A DNA stretch of 64,000 bases from Candidatus Sumerlaeaceae bacterium. GTDB taxonomy: Bacteria > Sumerlaeota > Sumerlaeia > Sumerlaeales > Sumerlaeaceae. The notes below the pieces were generated by a model that saw only the letters and a list, made by a program, of their open reading frames with translations, made no database searches and was not told where the DNA came from. A program made the translations under genes and the position numbers. Location of the stretch: contig JBPCLP010000003.1 of assembly GCA_051003195.1 (NCBI GenBank), positions 13,215 to 77,214 on the forward strand, written 5' to 3'. This document shows, in pieces, positions 20,934-30,902 of the stretch. Numbering within the stretch: the first letter of the stretch is position 1; each line of letters opens with the position of its first letter.

Positions 20934-21956
20934 ATGACCACCATCCGCAGCCGCGCGCCCATTCGCATCGACTTCGCCGGAGGCTGGACCGACGTCCCGC
21001 CATTCTCCGAGCGCGAAGGCGGTGCCGTCGTCAACGCCACCATCAACCGCTATACCTATGCTACCCTCTACCCACGCACCGACGACCGCATCCATATCCT
21101 CTCCGCCGACTTCGAAAAATACCTCGAGGTCGCCAACTTCCGCGAACTCGAATACGATGGCAACCTCGACCTCATCAAAGCCGCCGTCAAAGTACTCAAC
21201 GTCGGCACGGGTATGGATATCTACGTCCGCTGCGACGCGCCCCCCGGCAGCGGCACCGGCTCATCCTCATCCATCAGCGTTGCGCTCATCGGCCTGCTCA
21301 ACTATCTGCAACCTGCCAAGCTTAGCCCGCACGAGGTCGCCAAGCTCGCCCGACGCCTCGAAGTGCACGAACTCTTCATCGCCGGCGGCAAACAGGACTA
21401 CTACGCCGCGGCGCTGGGAGGCGTGAACTTCCTCGAGTTCGAGGATCCCGCAGTCAGCAACTCCAGGCTGGCGCTCTCCACCAGCACACTCCGCGATCTC
21501 GAAAAACACCTCATTCTTTGCTACACAGGACAAAGCCGCCTCTCCGGCGACATCATTAAAATGGTGATGGGTGCCTACGAACGCGGCGAATCCCGCACCA
21601 CCAATGCGCTCCACAATCTCAAGCGCATCGCGTATGAAACTAAAAACGCGCTGCTTTCGGGCGACCTCCATGTGTTCGCGCGCCTTATGGGCGAAAACTG
21701 GACAAACCAGAAGGCACTCGACGCCTCTGTCACGAATCCCACGATCGAACGCCTCTTTGAGACCGCCATCGCAGCAGGCGCGCTGGGCGGCAAGGCATGT
21801 GGCGCAGGCGGCGGCGGATGCATCCTCTTCTACTGCGATGATAACAAGGAGCACCTGGTGCGTAAAGCCCTGCTGGAGCAGGGGGCACAGGTCATTGAGT
21901 TTAATCTTGAGAGCGAAGGGCTTCAGACCTGGGAAGCGAAAACAACCAGCTCTTAG
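20934..21956 (+). CDS. GHMP sugar kinase (HddA-like heptose-7-phosphate/fucokinase family)
   Basis: APIRIDFAGGWTD, PPGSGTGSSS, GGKQD, GAGGGG motifs. Confidence 0.88.
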   Translation: MTTIRSRAPIRIDFAGGWTDVPPFSEREGGAVVNATINRYTYATLYPRTDDRIHILSADFEKYLEVANFRELEYDGNLDLIKAAVKVLNVGTGMDIYVRCDAPPGSGTGSSSSISVALIGLLNYLQPAKLSPHEVAKLARRLEVHELFIAGGKQDYYAAALGGVNFLEFEDPAVSNSRLALSTSTLRDLEKHLILCYTGQSRLSGDIIKMVMGAYERGESRTTNALHNLKRIAYETKNALLSGDLHVFARLMGENWTNQKALDASVTNPTIERLFETAIAAGALGGKACGAGGGGCILFYCDDNKEHLVRKALLEQGAQVIEFNLESEGLQTWEAKTTSS

Positions 21957-22100
21957 CCGGCGTCTCTTCATTAAACGCGAAGCAGCGTGCGCTACCGCTC
22001 TCACTTGACACTACATTAGCGGTACTGAGTTTAGCTCCCGAATGCAGACTGCCGTCGGGAGTGTTCTTGCCCCTGCGGCTGGAATCGGGGACTGGGACCT

Positions 22101-23072
22101 TTGGCAACCAGGCCAGGTGCCGTAACAGATATTGGCGATTTGCTCGTGCGCGAGGGGCTCCTTACCGGGCCGCAGCTCGACATGGCGGTCGCGCATCAGC
22201 GCAAGACGAACAAGCCACTCATGCGCATCCTTGTTGAACTCAATCTCGTGGAAGAAACTAAGCGGCTCAATTTCTTTAAGCGCCAGTTCGGAATCCCGGT
22301 TCTCGCACTGGAAGCCGACCGGATCGACCCGATTCTATTTACCTACATCCCGCAGGGTCTGGCGCGCCGCCACCATCTTGTCCCTGTAAAGCAGGACAAG
22401 GACGGTCTCGTGGTGGCCATGGAAGACCCCTCCGATCTTGTCGTGCTCGATGACCTTAAAGAAGTTGTCGGCATGCGAATCAAACCGGTCGTCTCGTCGA
22501 GCGAAGCAATCAGGGAGGCGCTTGCCGGCTATCCTGACGATAAGCCGAAGGAACTGGCAGTTGAACAGCCGGTAGACTTTGACCCGGCGATCCGCTTTAT
22601 GCGCTTCGCGTTCATGCCCATTATGTCCATCGGCGTGCTCACCGCCATCATCCTGCTGGTCCTCTATCACAGCGGAGTTCAGGCATGGCTGCAGAACATG
22701 CTCGGTGGCACCAGCATCAACAAAGGCTCCCAGATCTTTTCGTTATTCCTGTACTTCTTTTTAAGCTGGGGCGTCTTTACGCTGGTCGTGTACGAGGTGG
22801 TTGGTCTTGTGCTTGATGACATCGAGTGGAAGAGCGCATCCGAGTTAGGACCACCGAAATCTCGCTCAAAGGCGCTGCTTTTCAGCGCTCTGCTGGGCTG
22901 GCTTGGAGCAGACCGCCTCTACCTTGGGTATTTTCGAATTGGCATCCTGAAACTCGTAACACTTGGCCTCGTGGGTCTGTGGTGGATCATGGATCTTGTC
23001 CTCATAGCCACGAGGAAATTGCCGGATGCTGCCGGCAGGCCGCTGGTCGGAACGACCATCGAGGGAGAATAA
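22101..23072 (+). CDS. MshEN/GspE N-terminal domain fused to TM helices and a TM2 domain (no ATPase)
   Basis: IGDLLVREGLLTGPQLDMAVAHQ, LVVAMEDP; C-terminal LGWLGADRLYLG...KLVTLGLVGLWWIMD. Confidence 0.85.
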   Translation: MATRPGAVTDIGDLLVREGLLTGPQLDMAVAHQRKTNKPLMRILVELNLVEETKRLNFFKRQFGIPVLALEADRIDPILFTYIPQGLARRHHLVPVKQDKDGLVVAMEDPSDLVVLDDLKEVVGMRIKPVVSSSEAIREALAGYPDDKPKELAVEQPVDFDPAIRFMRFAFMPIMSIGVLTAIILLVLYHSGVQAWLQNMLGGTSINKGSQIFSLFLYFFLSWGVFTLVVYEVVGLVLDDIEWKSASELGPPKSRSKALLFSALLGWLGADRLYLGYFRIGILKLVTLGLVGLWWIMDLVLIATRKLPDAAGRPLVGTTIEGE

Positions 23073-23186
23073 CCTCACTCGCAGCCTTCCAATAAACCGA
23101 TAGAGTACGCCCCCGGTAACGAACTGTTCTGCATGTCCCGGCAGCTACCACTCGACAATTCTCCCAGAAAAGCCGACCGTAAATAG

Positions 23187-24860
23187 ATGTACGACCTAAT
23201 CGTCTATGGATGCTTCCTGTGTGCACTGATTGCCGGTTTGCTGCTGTACAGGCACCGCCCACTCTTAAAAATCCAAGATCGTATATTCCTGTCGTTGCTG
23301 CCCCTCGGCACTCTGATACTGTTGGGACAACTGGCTGAGGCTGCATTACTGGGTTCTCTTTTAGACTGGAACGCCTCGCGACTTTATCCCACTTTTCTAT
23401 TAAGAGCTGGTTTAAGCATCTACGCAGCCCCGGGTACCGGCCCCATCCTAAGCACCATTTATGGCCCTTTAACATGGATTGCTTATCTACCGGCTACGTT
23501 TGCGGAGCTTCCGTTTTGCCTCTATGTGGGCAGCGGTCTCAGCGTGTTGTTCTTTTTTACGCCAGCTTTCCTGGCCATATATCGAGATGCCGTACATCAC
23601 GGAGACCGTTTACTCGCTGCTGCGCTGTGCTATATCTTTTTCATGGCCGCGAAAGTAAATCCAGCACTCGCCACCAGTGCTTTCTGGATCCATGCAGATG
23701 CGCCCGCGCTGGGCTTCACGGGTATGGCGGCCGTCTTTCTTTACCTGGGGCGCGGGTCACCGTCGCACAGCCATTTGGCAGCTTCTGCATGCTGCGCGGT
23801 TCTGGCAGTCTGGACAAAACAAACAGTCGTCCCGGTAATCATCGCCTTGCCGCTCATCGCTTATTTTCAAACGGGTTTGCGAGCATTCAGGTTCTATCTT
23901 GTCTATTTGGTGGCTGCAGGAATTCTCGTCTCAGGTGCCTTAATTGCCTGGTTCGGATGGCGCACGCTTTTCTACAACATGCTTGTAATACCTGGTGGGC
24001 ATCCGTTCCGAAAGGAATCATTGGGAATAACACTGCCCTTCTTTCGCTCTGAATCGGTTTTCGAGTCCATTCGCACACTGGCGAGGTCGTTTATAGAACT
24101 TGTGCATCGATCATATTTTATCTGCTCTCTGTTTCTGCTGGTGCTTGCGTTTAAGCTCGGTGAACGGGTCCGCATCCAGCCACTCACACTCTTCGTGCGG
24201 CAGCATCCATGGTGTTTGTTTTTGCTGGTCGGGCTCATGATGATTCCAACTGCGGTGCTCAACCGCGCAAAAATTGGCGGGAGTGTTAATGCCTACTGCC
24301 TCGTGCTGTATTTCCTCAGCCTCTCTGTAGTTTTGATGTTGGGCTGGACTGCCACCGATCCTGACGAACCGCCGTTGCTTAAGCGCGCTATTAAAGGTGC
24401 GACCTATTCCTATGTTTTCGCAAGCCTCATGTGGTTTCTGCCCCCGGCAGCGACATCGCTTTTAGATCTCAGAACTTATCACGACAGCCCGCAGGCCACA
24501 GCCTATGAATACGCCAGGAAGCATCCCGGAGAAATATATTTTCCCTGGAACCCTCTATCCACCTATCTGGCAGAAGGAAAAGCATACCACTTCTTTTACG
24601 GCATTATCGACCGGGAACTTGCCGGCCAACGCATAAGCCAGGAACATCTTTGGGCACATTTACCGGCAAAAATGCGCTATCTTGCGTATTTAGACTCGCC
24701 CAAATCTCCAAATTTATATTTTGATAGGTATTTACCAGCGTTCTTTCATAAGAAAAAACTAGGCGCGTTGCCAGGTTGGATCGTTCTCGAACGGGACGAT
24801 ACCACATCGCACTCTCTGCCGACGTTCACCCTTTTTGATCAACGCGAAGAGCCGTTCTAG
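23187..24860 (+). CDS. Polytopic membrane protein, possibly a GT-C-fold glycosyltransferase
   Basis: About 12 hydrophobic segments; IYGP, HAD and TKQ motifs resemble ArnT/PMT-like proteins. Confidence 0.65.
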   Translation: MYDLIVYGCFLCALIAGLLLYRHRPLLKIQDRIFLSLLPLGTLILLGQLAEAALLGSLLDWNASRLYPTFLLRAGLSIYAAPGTGPILSTIYGPLTWIAYLPATFAELPFCLYVGSGLSVLFFFTPAFLAIYRDAVHHGDRLLAAALCYIFFMAAKVNPALATSAFWIHADAPALGFTGMAAVFLYLGRGSPSHSHLAASACCAVLAVWTKQTVVPVIIALPLIAYFQTGLRAFRFYLVYLVAAGILVSGALIAWFGWRTLFYNMLVIPGGHPFRKESLGITLPFFRSESVFESIRTLARSFIELVHRSYFICSLFLLVLAFKLGERVRIQPLTLFVRQHPWCLFLLVGLMMIPTAVLNRAKIGGSVNAYCLVLYFLSLSVVLMLGWTATDPDEPPLLKRAIKGATYSYVFASLMWFLPPAATSLLDLRTYHDSPQATAYEYARKHPGEIYFPWNPLSTYLAEGKAYHFFYGIIDRELAGQRISQEHLWAHLPAKMRYLAYLDSPKSPNLYFDRYLPAFFHKKKLGALPGWIVLERDDTTSHSLPTFTLFDQREEPF

Positions 24861-25108
24861 TGTGCCGGAATCCATAGTTCCTTACCAGATTAAAGGGCAG
24901 ACTCGGCCACGATTCGGCACACAGAACTGATTACGAACTAACGGTAGACTACTCCAGCAACTTCACCCGTTCCCAGCCGGTAAAGACACAATCTATCTGC
25001 TGACTCCGCAGAAGAATCGGGCATTGTTGCGCACGCATCTGCTTGCGTCTGAACCCGGAGACGCTCTTTGTTGTCTTACATTTAACAACACACGAACGCG
25101 AGGGGACC

Positions 25109-25549
25109 ATGAGCCTGATCAATGCTTCTCACCATCCGCCCATCACTGCCCGACCCGACAATACCGTCATGGAAGCATGTGAAACGATGCTCGAGCACAG
25201 TGTGGGAGCGGTCGCTGTTGTCGATTCCGACGGCAAGCTGCTCGGCATTTTCACCGAGCGTGACGTCATGCGCAAAGTTGTGGCCCAGCGCCTGAATCCG
25301 GACAAGACGCCGCTGCGCGAGGTGATGACATCGCCCTGCTTCACGCTGCCGTTCGATCGCACGCCCAACGATGCCCTGAGCCTCATGCTCGCAATGAAGA
25401 TCAACCACCTGGCGCTCGTCGGTGAGAACAACCAGCTCATCGGCATGCTCTCCTACCGCACGCTGCTCTCCCAGAAAGTCGAACACCTCAATGCCGAGGT
25501 CGATCACCTGTCAGCGTACATTGGCTCGGATGGAATCGGCGGAGACTGA
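25109..25549 (+). CDS. CBS domain pair protein
   Basis: GKLLGIFTERD, VMT motifs. Confidence 0.9.
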   Translation: MSLINASHHPPITARPDNTVMEACETMLEHSVGAVAVVDSDGKLLGIFTERDVMRKVVAQRLNPDKTPLREVMTSPCFTLPFDRTPNDALSLMLAMKINHLALVGENNQLIGMLSYRTLLSQKVEHLNAEVDHLSAYIGSDGIGGD

Positions 25550-25620
25550 ACCCGGCTCTTGCGACCGGGCGATAGTTCTCGCTTGCTCTGCATGTTGCCC
25601 ATCCCCAGCCTGCTCGCACT

Positions 25621-26598
25621 TTGCTTCTGATCGACTGTGATAACGTAGACGCAGGCTATGGCCGGAAGGCCGTGTTGCACAATGTGACACTACGTTTTGA
25701 GGGAGGCGCTGCTGGCCTGCTGGGGCCCAATGGCGCCGGCAAAAGCACGCTCCTGAAAACTGTACTGGGTTTTCTGCCGCCGATCTCCGGTACCGTGCGC
25801 GCACTCGGGCACACGCTCCCGCGCGAGGCACTCGCTGTGCGCGCTCAAGTGGGCTATATGCCAGAAGTCGAAGCTTTCATTCCGGGTATGAACGCAGTGC
25901 AGTTTGTCGCTTACATGGGCGAACTGAGTGGGCTGCCCCGTGGCGCCGCTATGGAACGCTCCCACGAAGTTTTGCAGTATGTGGGTCTCGGCGAGAGCCG
26001 ATATCGCAATCTTGAAACCTACAGTATGGGCATGAAACAGCGCGCGAAACTGGCACAGGCTATTGTGCACGACCCCACGCTTCTGCTTCTCGATGAACCC
26101 ACAAACGGCATGGACCCTCAGGGGCGCGAGGAAATGCTCGAACTTGTCCGCGACCTGTCGCGAAACAAAGGCATGAGTGTTATCCTGTGCAGCCACTTGC
26201 TTAAAGATGTCGAATCTGTCGCCGATGAGATTATTGTCATGGGCAACGGGCGTGTTACTTCAAAGCACCTTGCCAACCGCGATTCCGTAAAGTCGAAAGC
26301 GCCCGTTTTTGCCGTGCATGTGCGGGGTGATCGCGCCGGGTTCGTCCATGCCGCGCGCGATGCCGGTGCCAAGGTGGTCGAGACACCGGGCGAGCCAAGT
26401 TTCCTCGTCGAAGTCCCCACAGAGATACTTTCCGGCGAGGCCGGGGCACCGGGCTACGGCGATTCTGTTTCTACCACGATGCTCTATCGCATTGCCGCTG
26501 GCGCGGGTTGTGTTGTTCAACGTATCGAGAAACGCACGGAACACCTGGAAGATCTGTTTGTGCAGGCCGTGGGGGAGTTGCATCGTGCCGATTTATGA
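25621..26598 (+). CDS. ABC transporter ATP-binding protein
   Basis: GPNGAGKST, YSMGMKQR, LLLDEP. Confidence 0.93.
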   Translation: MLLIDCDNVDAGYGRKAVLHNVTLRFEGGAAGLLGPNGAGKSTLLKTVLGFLPPISGTVRALGHTLPREALAVRAQVGYMPEVEAFIPGMNAVQFVAYMGELSGLPRGAAMERSHEVLQYVGLGESRYRNLETYSMGMKQRAKLAQAIVHDPTLLLLDEPTNGMDPQGREEMLELVRDLSRNKGMSVILCSHLLKDVESVADEIIVMGNGRVTSKHLANRDSVKSKAPVFAVHVRGDRAGFVHAARDAGAKVVETPGEPSFLVEVPTEILSGEAGAPGYGDSVSTTMLYRIAAGAGCVVQRIEKRTEHLEDLFVQAVGELHRADL

Positions 26599-27505
26599 CC
26601 AGACTTTCAGGCGCTACGATGGGCCCCGCCGCACACGCGCGTTGTGGTGGCCGATCGCGCGGACGACGTTCCGACCCGTACTGAAAAGCAAGCTGACGTG
26701 GCTTCTTCTCCTTGGCGTGTTCGTCTACCTGGTCTTCATCAGCATTGGTTTTTTCGCCGCTTCAAAAATACAGGAGCTTGCTCCAGGCCAGGCCGAAGAG
26801 GCAGCCCGTGCCGCGCGAATGCAGAAACTGCCCATATTCGGCAAGGACATGGACCTCGGAACGGTTTTTTATTTCTTTATAACGCCGCTGTTTCCAGCGA
26901 TGGGACTTCTGCTGCTCGCAACCGGCGGGGGCAGCATCAGTACCGACCTGCGCAATTCGGCACTGCCTCTCTATTTCAGCCGCCCCTTGAAACCGTGGCA
27001 CTACGTCTTTGGGAAAATCCTCGGGATGGCCATCCTGCCGTTCGGCGCACTCACCGCCGGGCTGCTGATCATATTTGTCCAGTTCATCGCCTACTTCAAA
27101 GGTGCGCCAGGTCTGCTGTCGGAGTTCCCGGTACTGCTGTCAGCACTCTTGCAGGTGGGCATTGTCAGCTTTCTGCTTTCGATCGCCATTACCGGCTTTT
27201 CCTCCACAACGAAGAATGCCCGGACAGCGGGCATCCTGTACTTCGGCTTTTTTATCGCGACCACAGCACTCGGTGAGATCCTGGTTGACGCGGCACACAT
27301 GCGTGAGTTGCGCGCTATTGCACCACGCTTCGCGCTCGATACCGTCGCCCGTGTATTGTTGAAACCTGACTTTGCGCAGATACGCAGCAGTGTCGACGTG
27401 ACAGGCGTGCGCTTTCAATTCGCTGCTTGTGCGCTGGTCGCCTATGCGGTTTTCTTCCTCGTGCTCCTGCGCCGCAATTTACGGGTGGTAGAGGTTGTGA
27501 AATGA
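26585..27505 (+). CDS. ABC-2 type permease
   Basis: GTG start MPIYDQTFRRY; LYFSRPL...YVFGK; six TM segments. Confidence 0.85.
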   Translation: MPIYDQTFRRYDGPRRTRALWWPIARTTFRPVLKSKLTWLLLLGVFVYLVFISIGFFAASKIQELAPGQAEEAARAARMQKLPIFGKDMDLGTVFYFFITPLFPAMGLLLLATGGGSISTDLRNSALPLYFSRPLKPWHYVFGKILGMAILPFGALTAGLLIIFVQFIAYFKGAPGLLSEFPVLLSALLQVGIVSFLLSIAITGFSSTTKNARTAGILYFGFFIATTALGEILVDAAHMRELRAIAPRFALDTVARVLLKPDFAQIRSSVDVTGVRFQFAACALVAYAVFFLVLLRRNLRVVEVVK

Positions 27506-28551
27506 CCAACCCTGCTTCCGCTTTGCCGCCGCCCATGCCATCCGCAACCGCGACACTGCCCGGCGGGCCGTCAGGTGCACCGCCTGTCATCGCCTTGACG
27601 GAGTGCAGCAAGTGGTATGGCGATGTCATTGGCGTCAACCAGGTCACCATGGAGATTCCCCGCGGTATCACAGGTCTGCTCGGCCCAAATGGCGCCGGTA
27701 AATCCACGCTGATGAAGCTGATCACCGGGCAGCTTCGGCCTGGCCGCGGTACGGTGCACGTATTTGGCGAAAATCCATGGCGAAACCCCGAGGTATTTCG
27801 GCGGGTTGGATTCTGTCCCGACACCGATTCCTTTTACGAAGACCTTTCCGGGTTGGAGTTTGTCCGCCTGATGGGCCGGCTGTCGGGATTTGATGCATCG
27901 GAATCGCAAAGGCGTGCTGCCGAGCGCCTCGAGCGCACCGGCATGGCGCCCAATATGAAGCGTCGGATTCGTGGTTATTCGAAGGGCATGCGGCAGCGCA
28001 CGAAGCTTGCCGCCGCCCTGATGCACGATCCCGAACTGCTCATTCTCGACGAGCCGCTCAATGGTCTCGATCCGATGGGTCGCATCCAGATGCTGGACCT
28101 GTTCCGACAGTTCGGTGTGGAGGGACGTACCGTTCTCGTTTCCAGCCATATCCTGCACGAAGTCGAGAACCTCACGCGCTCCATTGCGCTGCTCCACCAC
28201 GGCCGGGTGCTTGCCGAAGGCCGTATCGAGGAAGTCCGCGCACTGATTGAAAATCAGCCGCTCACATTGCGAATCTCTTCATCCGCCCCGCGTGCCATCG
28301 GCCAGATGCTTGCCGGCATGGACAGCGTGACCTCGCTGCAATTCAACGCGATGGAAGGCGCCGAGGACGCTTTCGATGTGGAGCGAAACGGTGCCAATCG
28401 AAAGAACGTGTTGGTCGTACGCTCCAGCCGTCCCGAAGCAATTTACGAGGCGCTGCAGGAGGGTGTGCTCGCGGGTCGCTTTACCATTGATGAGCTCTCG
28501 GCACTGGATGAGAACCTCGATGCGGTGTTCCAGTACCTGGTGAAGGAGTAG
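27502..28551 (+). CDS. ABC transporter ATP-binding protein
   Basis: GPNGAGKST, YSKGMRQR, LILDEP. Confidence 0.93.
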   Translation: MTNPASALPPPMPSATATLPGGPSGAPPVIALTECSKWYGDVIGVNQVTMEIPRGITGLLGPNGAGKSTLMKLITGQLRPGRGTVHVFGENPWRNPEVFRRVGFCPDTDSFYEDLSGLEFVRLMGRLSGFDASESQRRAAERLERTGMAPNMKRRIRGYSKGMRQRTKLAAALMHDPELLILDEPLNGLDPMGRIQMLDLFRQFGVEGRTVLVSSHILHEVENLTRSIALLHHGRVLAEGRIEEVRALIENQPLTLRISSSAPRAIGQMLAGMDSVTSLQFNAMEGAEDAFDVERNGANRKNVLVVRSSRPEAIYEALQEGVLAGRFTIDELSALDENLDAVFQYLVKE

Positions 28552-28557
28552 GCGCCG

Positions 28558-29346
28558 ATGTGGAATACCATAGCCGCCGCCTTCGAGCTAGCCAACATCC
28601 AGGTGATCGGACGCAAGCGGCGCATTGTCACTCTCGTCATGTTTGCGTTGCCAATTCTACTGTCGTTTGTGGTGCGCAAATTCGGGCCGGACGATACCAA
28701 TCAGGGCTACGCGGCTGTGGTCAGCGGAATGCTTGCGGTGTTCCTCGTGCCATTTGTTGCGGTGTTCTGGGGAAGCGCGCTGCTTACGGATGAAGTGGAA
28801 GGTAAAACACTCGTGTTTCTGTGGACCCGTCCAGCCGGGCGGGCGCGGTTGTTTGTTCTAAAGTACATCGCAGTCGTTTTCTGGCTCGCATTGCTCTCGG
28901 CGATTGCTGTCACCGCCACTTACACGATCCTGTACTCGCGTGAATCCATGGCGAACGTTTCATCCAATTTCCTGGTGGCTGTGTGGGATACACGCGCCCT
29001 CGCCATCGGCGCCGCGTGTTACGCTGCACTCGCATTCTTCTTCGCGACCGTGTTCAAAAAGCCTGTGACCGTTGGCCTGCTCTATGTCTATTTGTTCGAT
29101 ACGATCGCGAGAGTGCTGCCGGGTTTCCTCAAGCGCCTCTCCGTGCGGCACAATGTTCTTTCACTCACCAGCCACCCCACCACAGAAAAGCCTAATCCAC
29201 TTACAAGGTTCCTCGCCGAAAGCAGCATCACCGAGACTGAGGCAATGTTCACGCTCATCGGCGCCGCCGTGGTGTTTGTGATTGCTGGTGCCCTTATTCT
29301 CCGCAATAAGGAATACTTGGGCGACGACCCGGCGCGATCCCAATAG
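28558..29346 (+). CDS. ABC-2 type permease
   Basis: DEVEGKTLVFLWTRP motif; six TM segments. Confidence 0.85.
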   Translation: MWNTIAAAFELANIQVIGRKRRIVTLVMFALPILLSFVVRKFGPDDTNQGYAAVVSGMLAVFLVPFVAVFWGSALLTDEVEGKTLVFLWTRPAGRARLFVLKYIAVVFWLALLSAIAVTATYTILYSRESMANVSSNFLVAVWDTRALAIGAACYAALAFFFATVFKKPVTVGLLYVYLFDTIARVLPGFLKRLSVRHNVLSLTSHPTTEKPNPLTRFLAESSITETEAMFTLIGAAVVFVIAGALILRNKEYLGDDPARSQ

Positions 29347-29382
29347 AACCAGAAATTTTGCGCCTTTGGCGCTTTTTTGCGA

Positions 29383-30693
29383 CTAAAACAACGTCATTAG
29401 CTCCTCGACGAACAGTGCATGCCCGCGATCATCCGGGTGATTGATCCCATTCATCAGGTATGCCACATAAGGCACGCCCTCCGCATCGAGGTGTGCCCAC
29501 CGGCGCGAGGCGTCGGCCAGCCCGATCCCATGCTCCGCCGCGATGCTCTTTAAGGTAAACACATCCGGACGTGTCTCGCCACCGCGCGGGTATGTCTTTC
29601 CCATCCACACGGGCATCACAAAATGCGGTGTGATCAATATGACTTCCGCCCCAATGGATCGTAACTGGCTCAAAGCCCGGTCATAATTCGACCGCAGCTT
29701 CTGTTCACCAAATCCCATGTCGTTTACGAATTCGATGGTAACGAGGTCCGGCTGGTAACTCAGCACCTCTTTTGGAAATGCTGCCAAGCGCCCATCCGTA
29801 TTGGTCGCGCCGATACCCGCATTGATGTGTCGGATGTTTGCCTTGGGAAATCGCTCCCTCAGGCGTGTGATGAAAAGATTCGCATACGCCAGCCCCGGAA
29901 CAGACGAATCCCCGCCTACCGTGACGCTGTCGCCCCACGTCACGATCGTCAGTGGCTCGCCGCTCCGCAATTTTGTCAGTGTCTTCGGCACCCGGGAAGC
30001 TCGCCACGCCAGTTCCTCCGGGCGCATCTTCGGCAGTGGCGCGCCAATCGGGAAAACCTGCCACGTCTGGATCGCCTTGCAGTGGTACGGCAAAAATACA
30101 TTGGCCAGATGGAGCGATCCTGTCGTGATCACCGGCAGGCCGGGCGCGGCGTTCGCAGGAATTCCATGATTAAGCGTTATGTTCCCTTCACGCGTCACAC
30201 AGATCGAGTCGATTCGCATCTGGCCGACCGTATAGCTCACCTTCACTTGCGTGTCTGTTGTAATGCGCCCGTTCGGCAGGCGCGCAATGGTCGCCCACTC
30301 CGTTCCCACCTCATAGTCAGTACCGAGTTTCGCTTCGCTGCCATCGGGTAGCGAAATCCGCACACTATCAGGTTCCAGGCAACCCGGCAGCGCGTTGGCC
30401 GTTACGCACCCGTTCAGATGCGTGCCAGGTAACCAGCGGTCGGCCAGCTTCGGTTCAAGGACGTAGGGCTCGTCCACAACCTTGCGGCCCGGCTGCAGTG
30501 GAATCTCCAGCACGGTCGGGTTTTCAACGGTAACCGTCCTGCCCCCGACCCGGCACTTGCCCGGCGAAATCGTGGCTGTAGTGCCCGCATCGGTCCACAC
30601 TTCCAGCCCGCTCAGCACCTGTGCATTAGAAGCTCCCGGTGTTAGCATGATACCACCAAGGCACAAGCTCCACAAGAATTTGAAGATACGCAT
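29383..30693 (-). CDS. Secreted SGNH/GDSL hydrolase
   Basis: WGDSVT, INAGIG, EFVND, NHPDDRGH blocks. Confidence 0.88.
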   Translation of the reverse strand: MRIFKFLWSLCLGGIMLTPGASNAQVLSGLEVWTDAGTTATISPGKCRVGGRTVTVENPTVLEIPLQPGRKVVDEPYVLEPKLADRWLPGTHLNGCVTANALPGCLEPDSVRISLPDGSEAKLGTDYEVGTEWATIARLPNGRITTDTQVKVSYTVGQMRIDSICVTREGNITLNHGIPANAAPGLPVITTGSLHLANVFLPYHCKAIQTWQVFPIGAPLPKMRPEELAWRASRVPKTLTKLRSGEPLTIVTWGDSVTVGGDSSVPGLAYANLFITRLRERFPKANIRHINAGIGATNTDGRLAAFPKEVLSYQPDLVTIEFVNDMGFGEQKLRSNYDRALSQLRSIGAEVILITPHFVMPVWMGKTYPRGGETRPDVFTLKSIAAEHGIGLADASRRWAHLDAEGVPYVAYLMNGINHPDDRGHALFVEELMTLF

Positions 30694-30788
30694 GTAGAAC
30701 AGCTTGCACCTGCTCCATTCAGCCAGTGCAACGGGCAATATGGAATACATTAAAGGTTCTGCAAAACCGTCTAACCAGGGGGTTCAAT

Positions 30789-30891
30789 AGAGTGCGAAGC
30801 ACGACCCTTTGCTTTCTAGCCCACCAGGTACTGGTGGGAAACGGAAGCGGCGCTAAGCTCAGAGCTGTGTCAGCAGCGGCGTTGCCCGCGC
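30789..30891. repeat. ~105-bp multi-hairpin REP-like element, copy 2
   Basis: Homologous to 17330-17434. Confidence 0.75.
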
Positions 30892-30902
30892 TTAGCCGCG
30901 GT

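Noticed and set aside
22005..22035. TTGACA promoter candidates (also 60108, and on the minus strand near 16308 and 49853)
   Set aside because: No convincing -10 box at 16-18-bp spacing.
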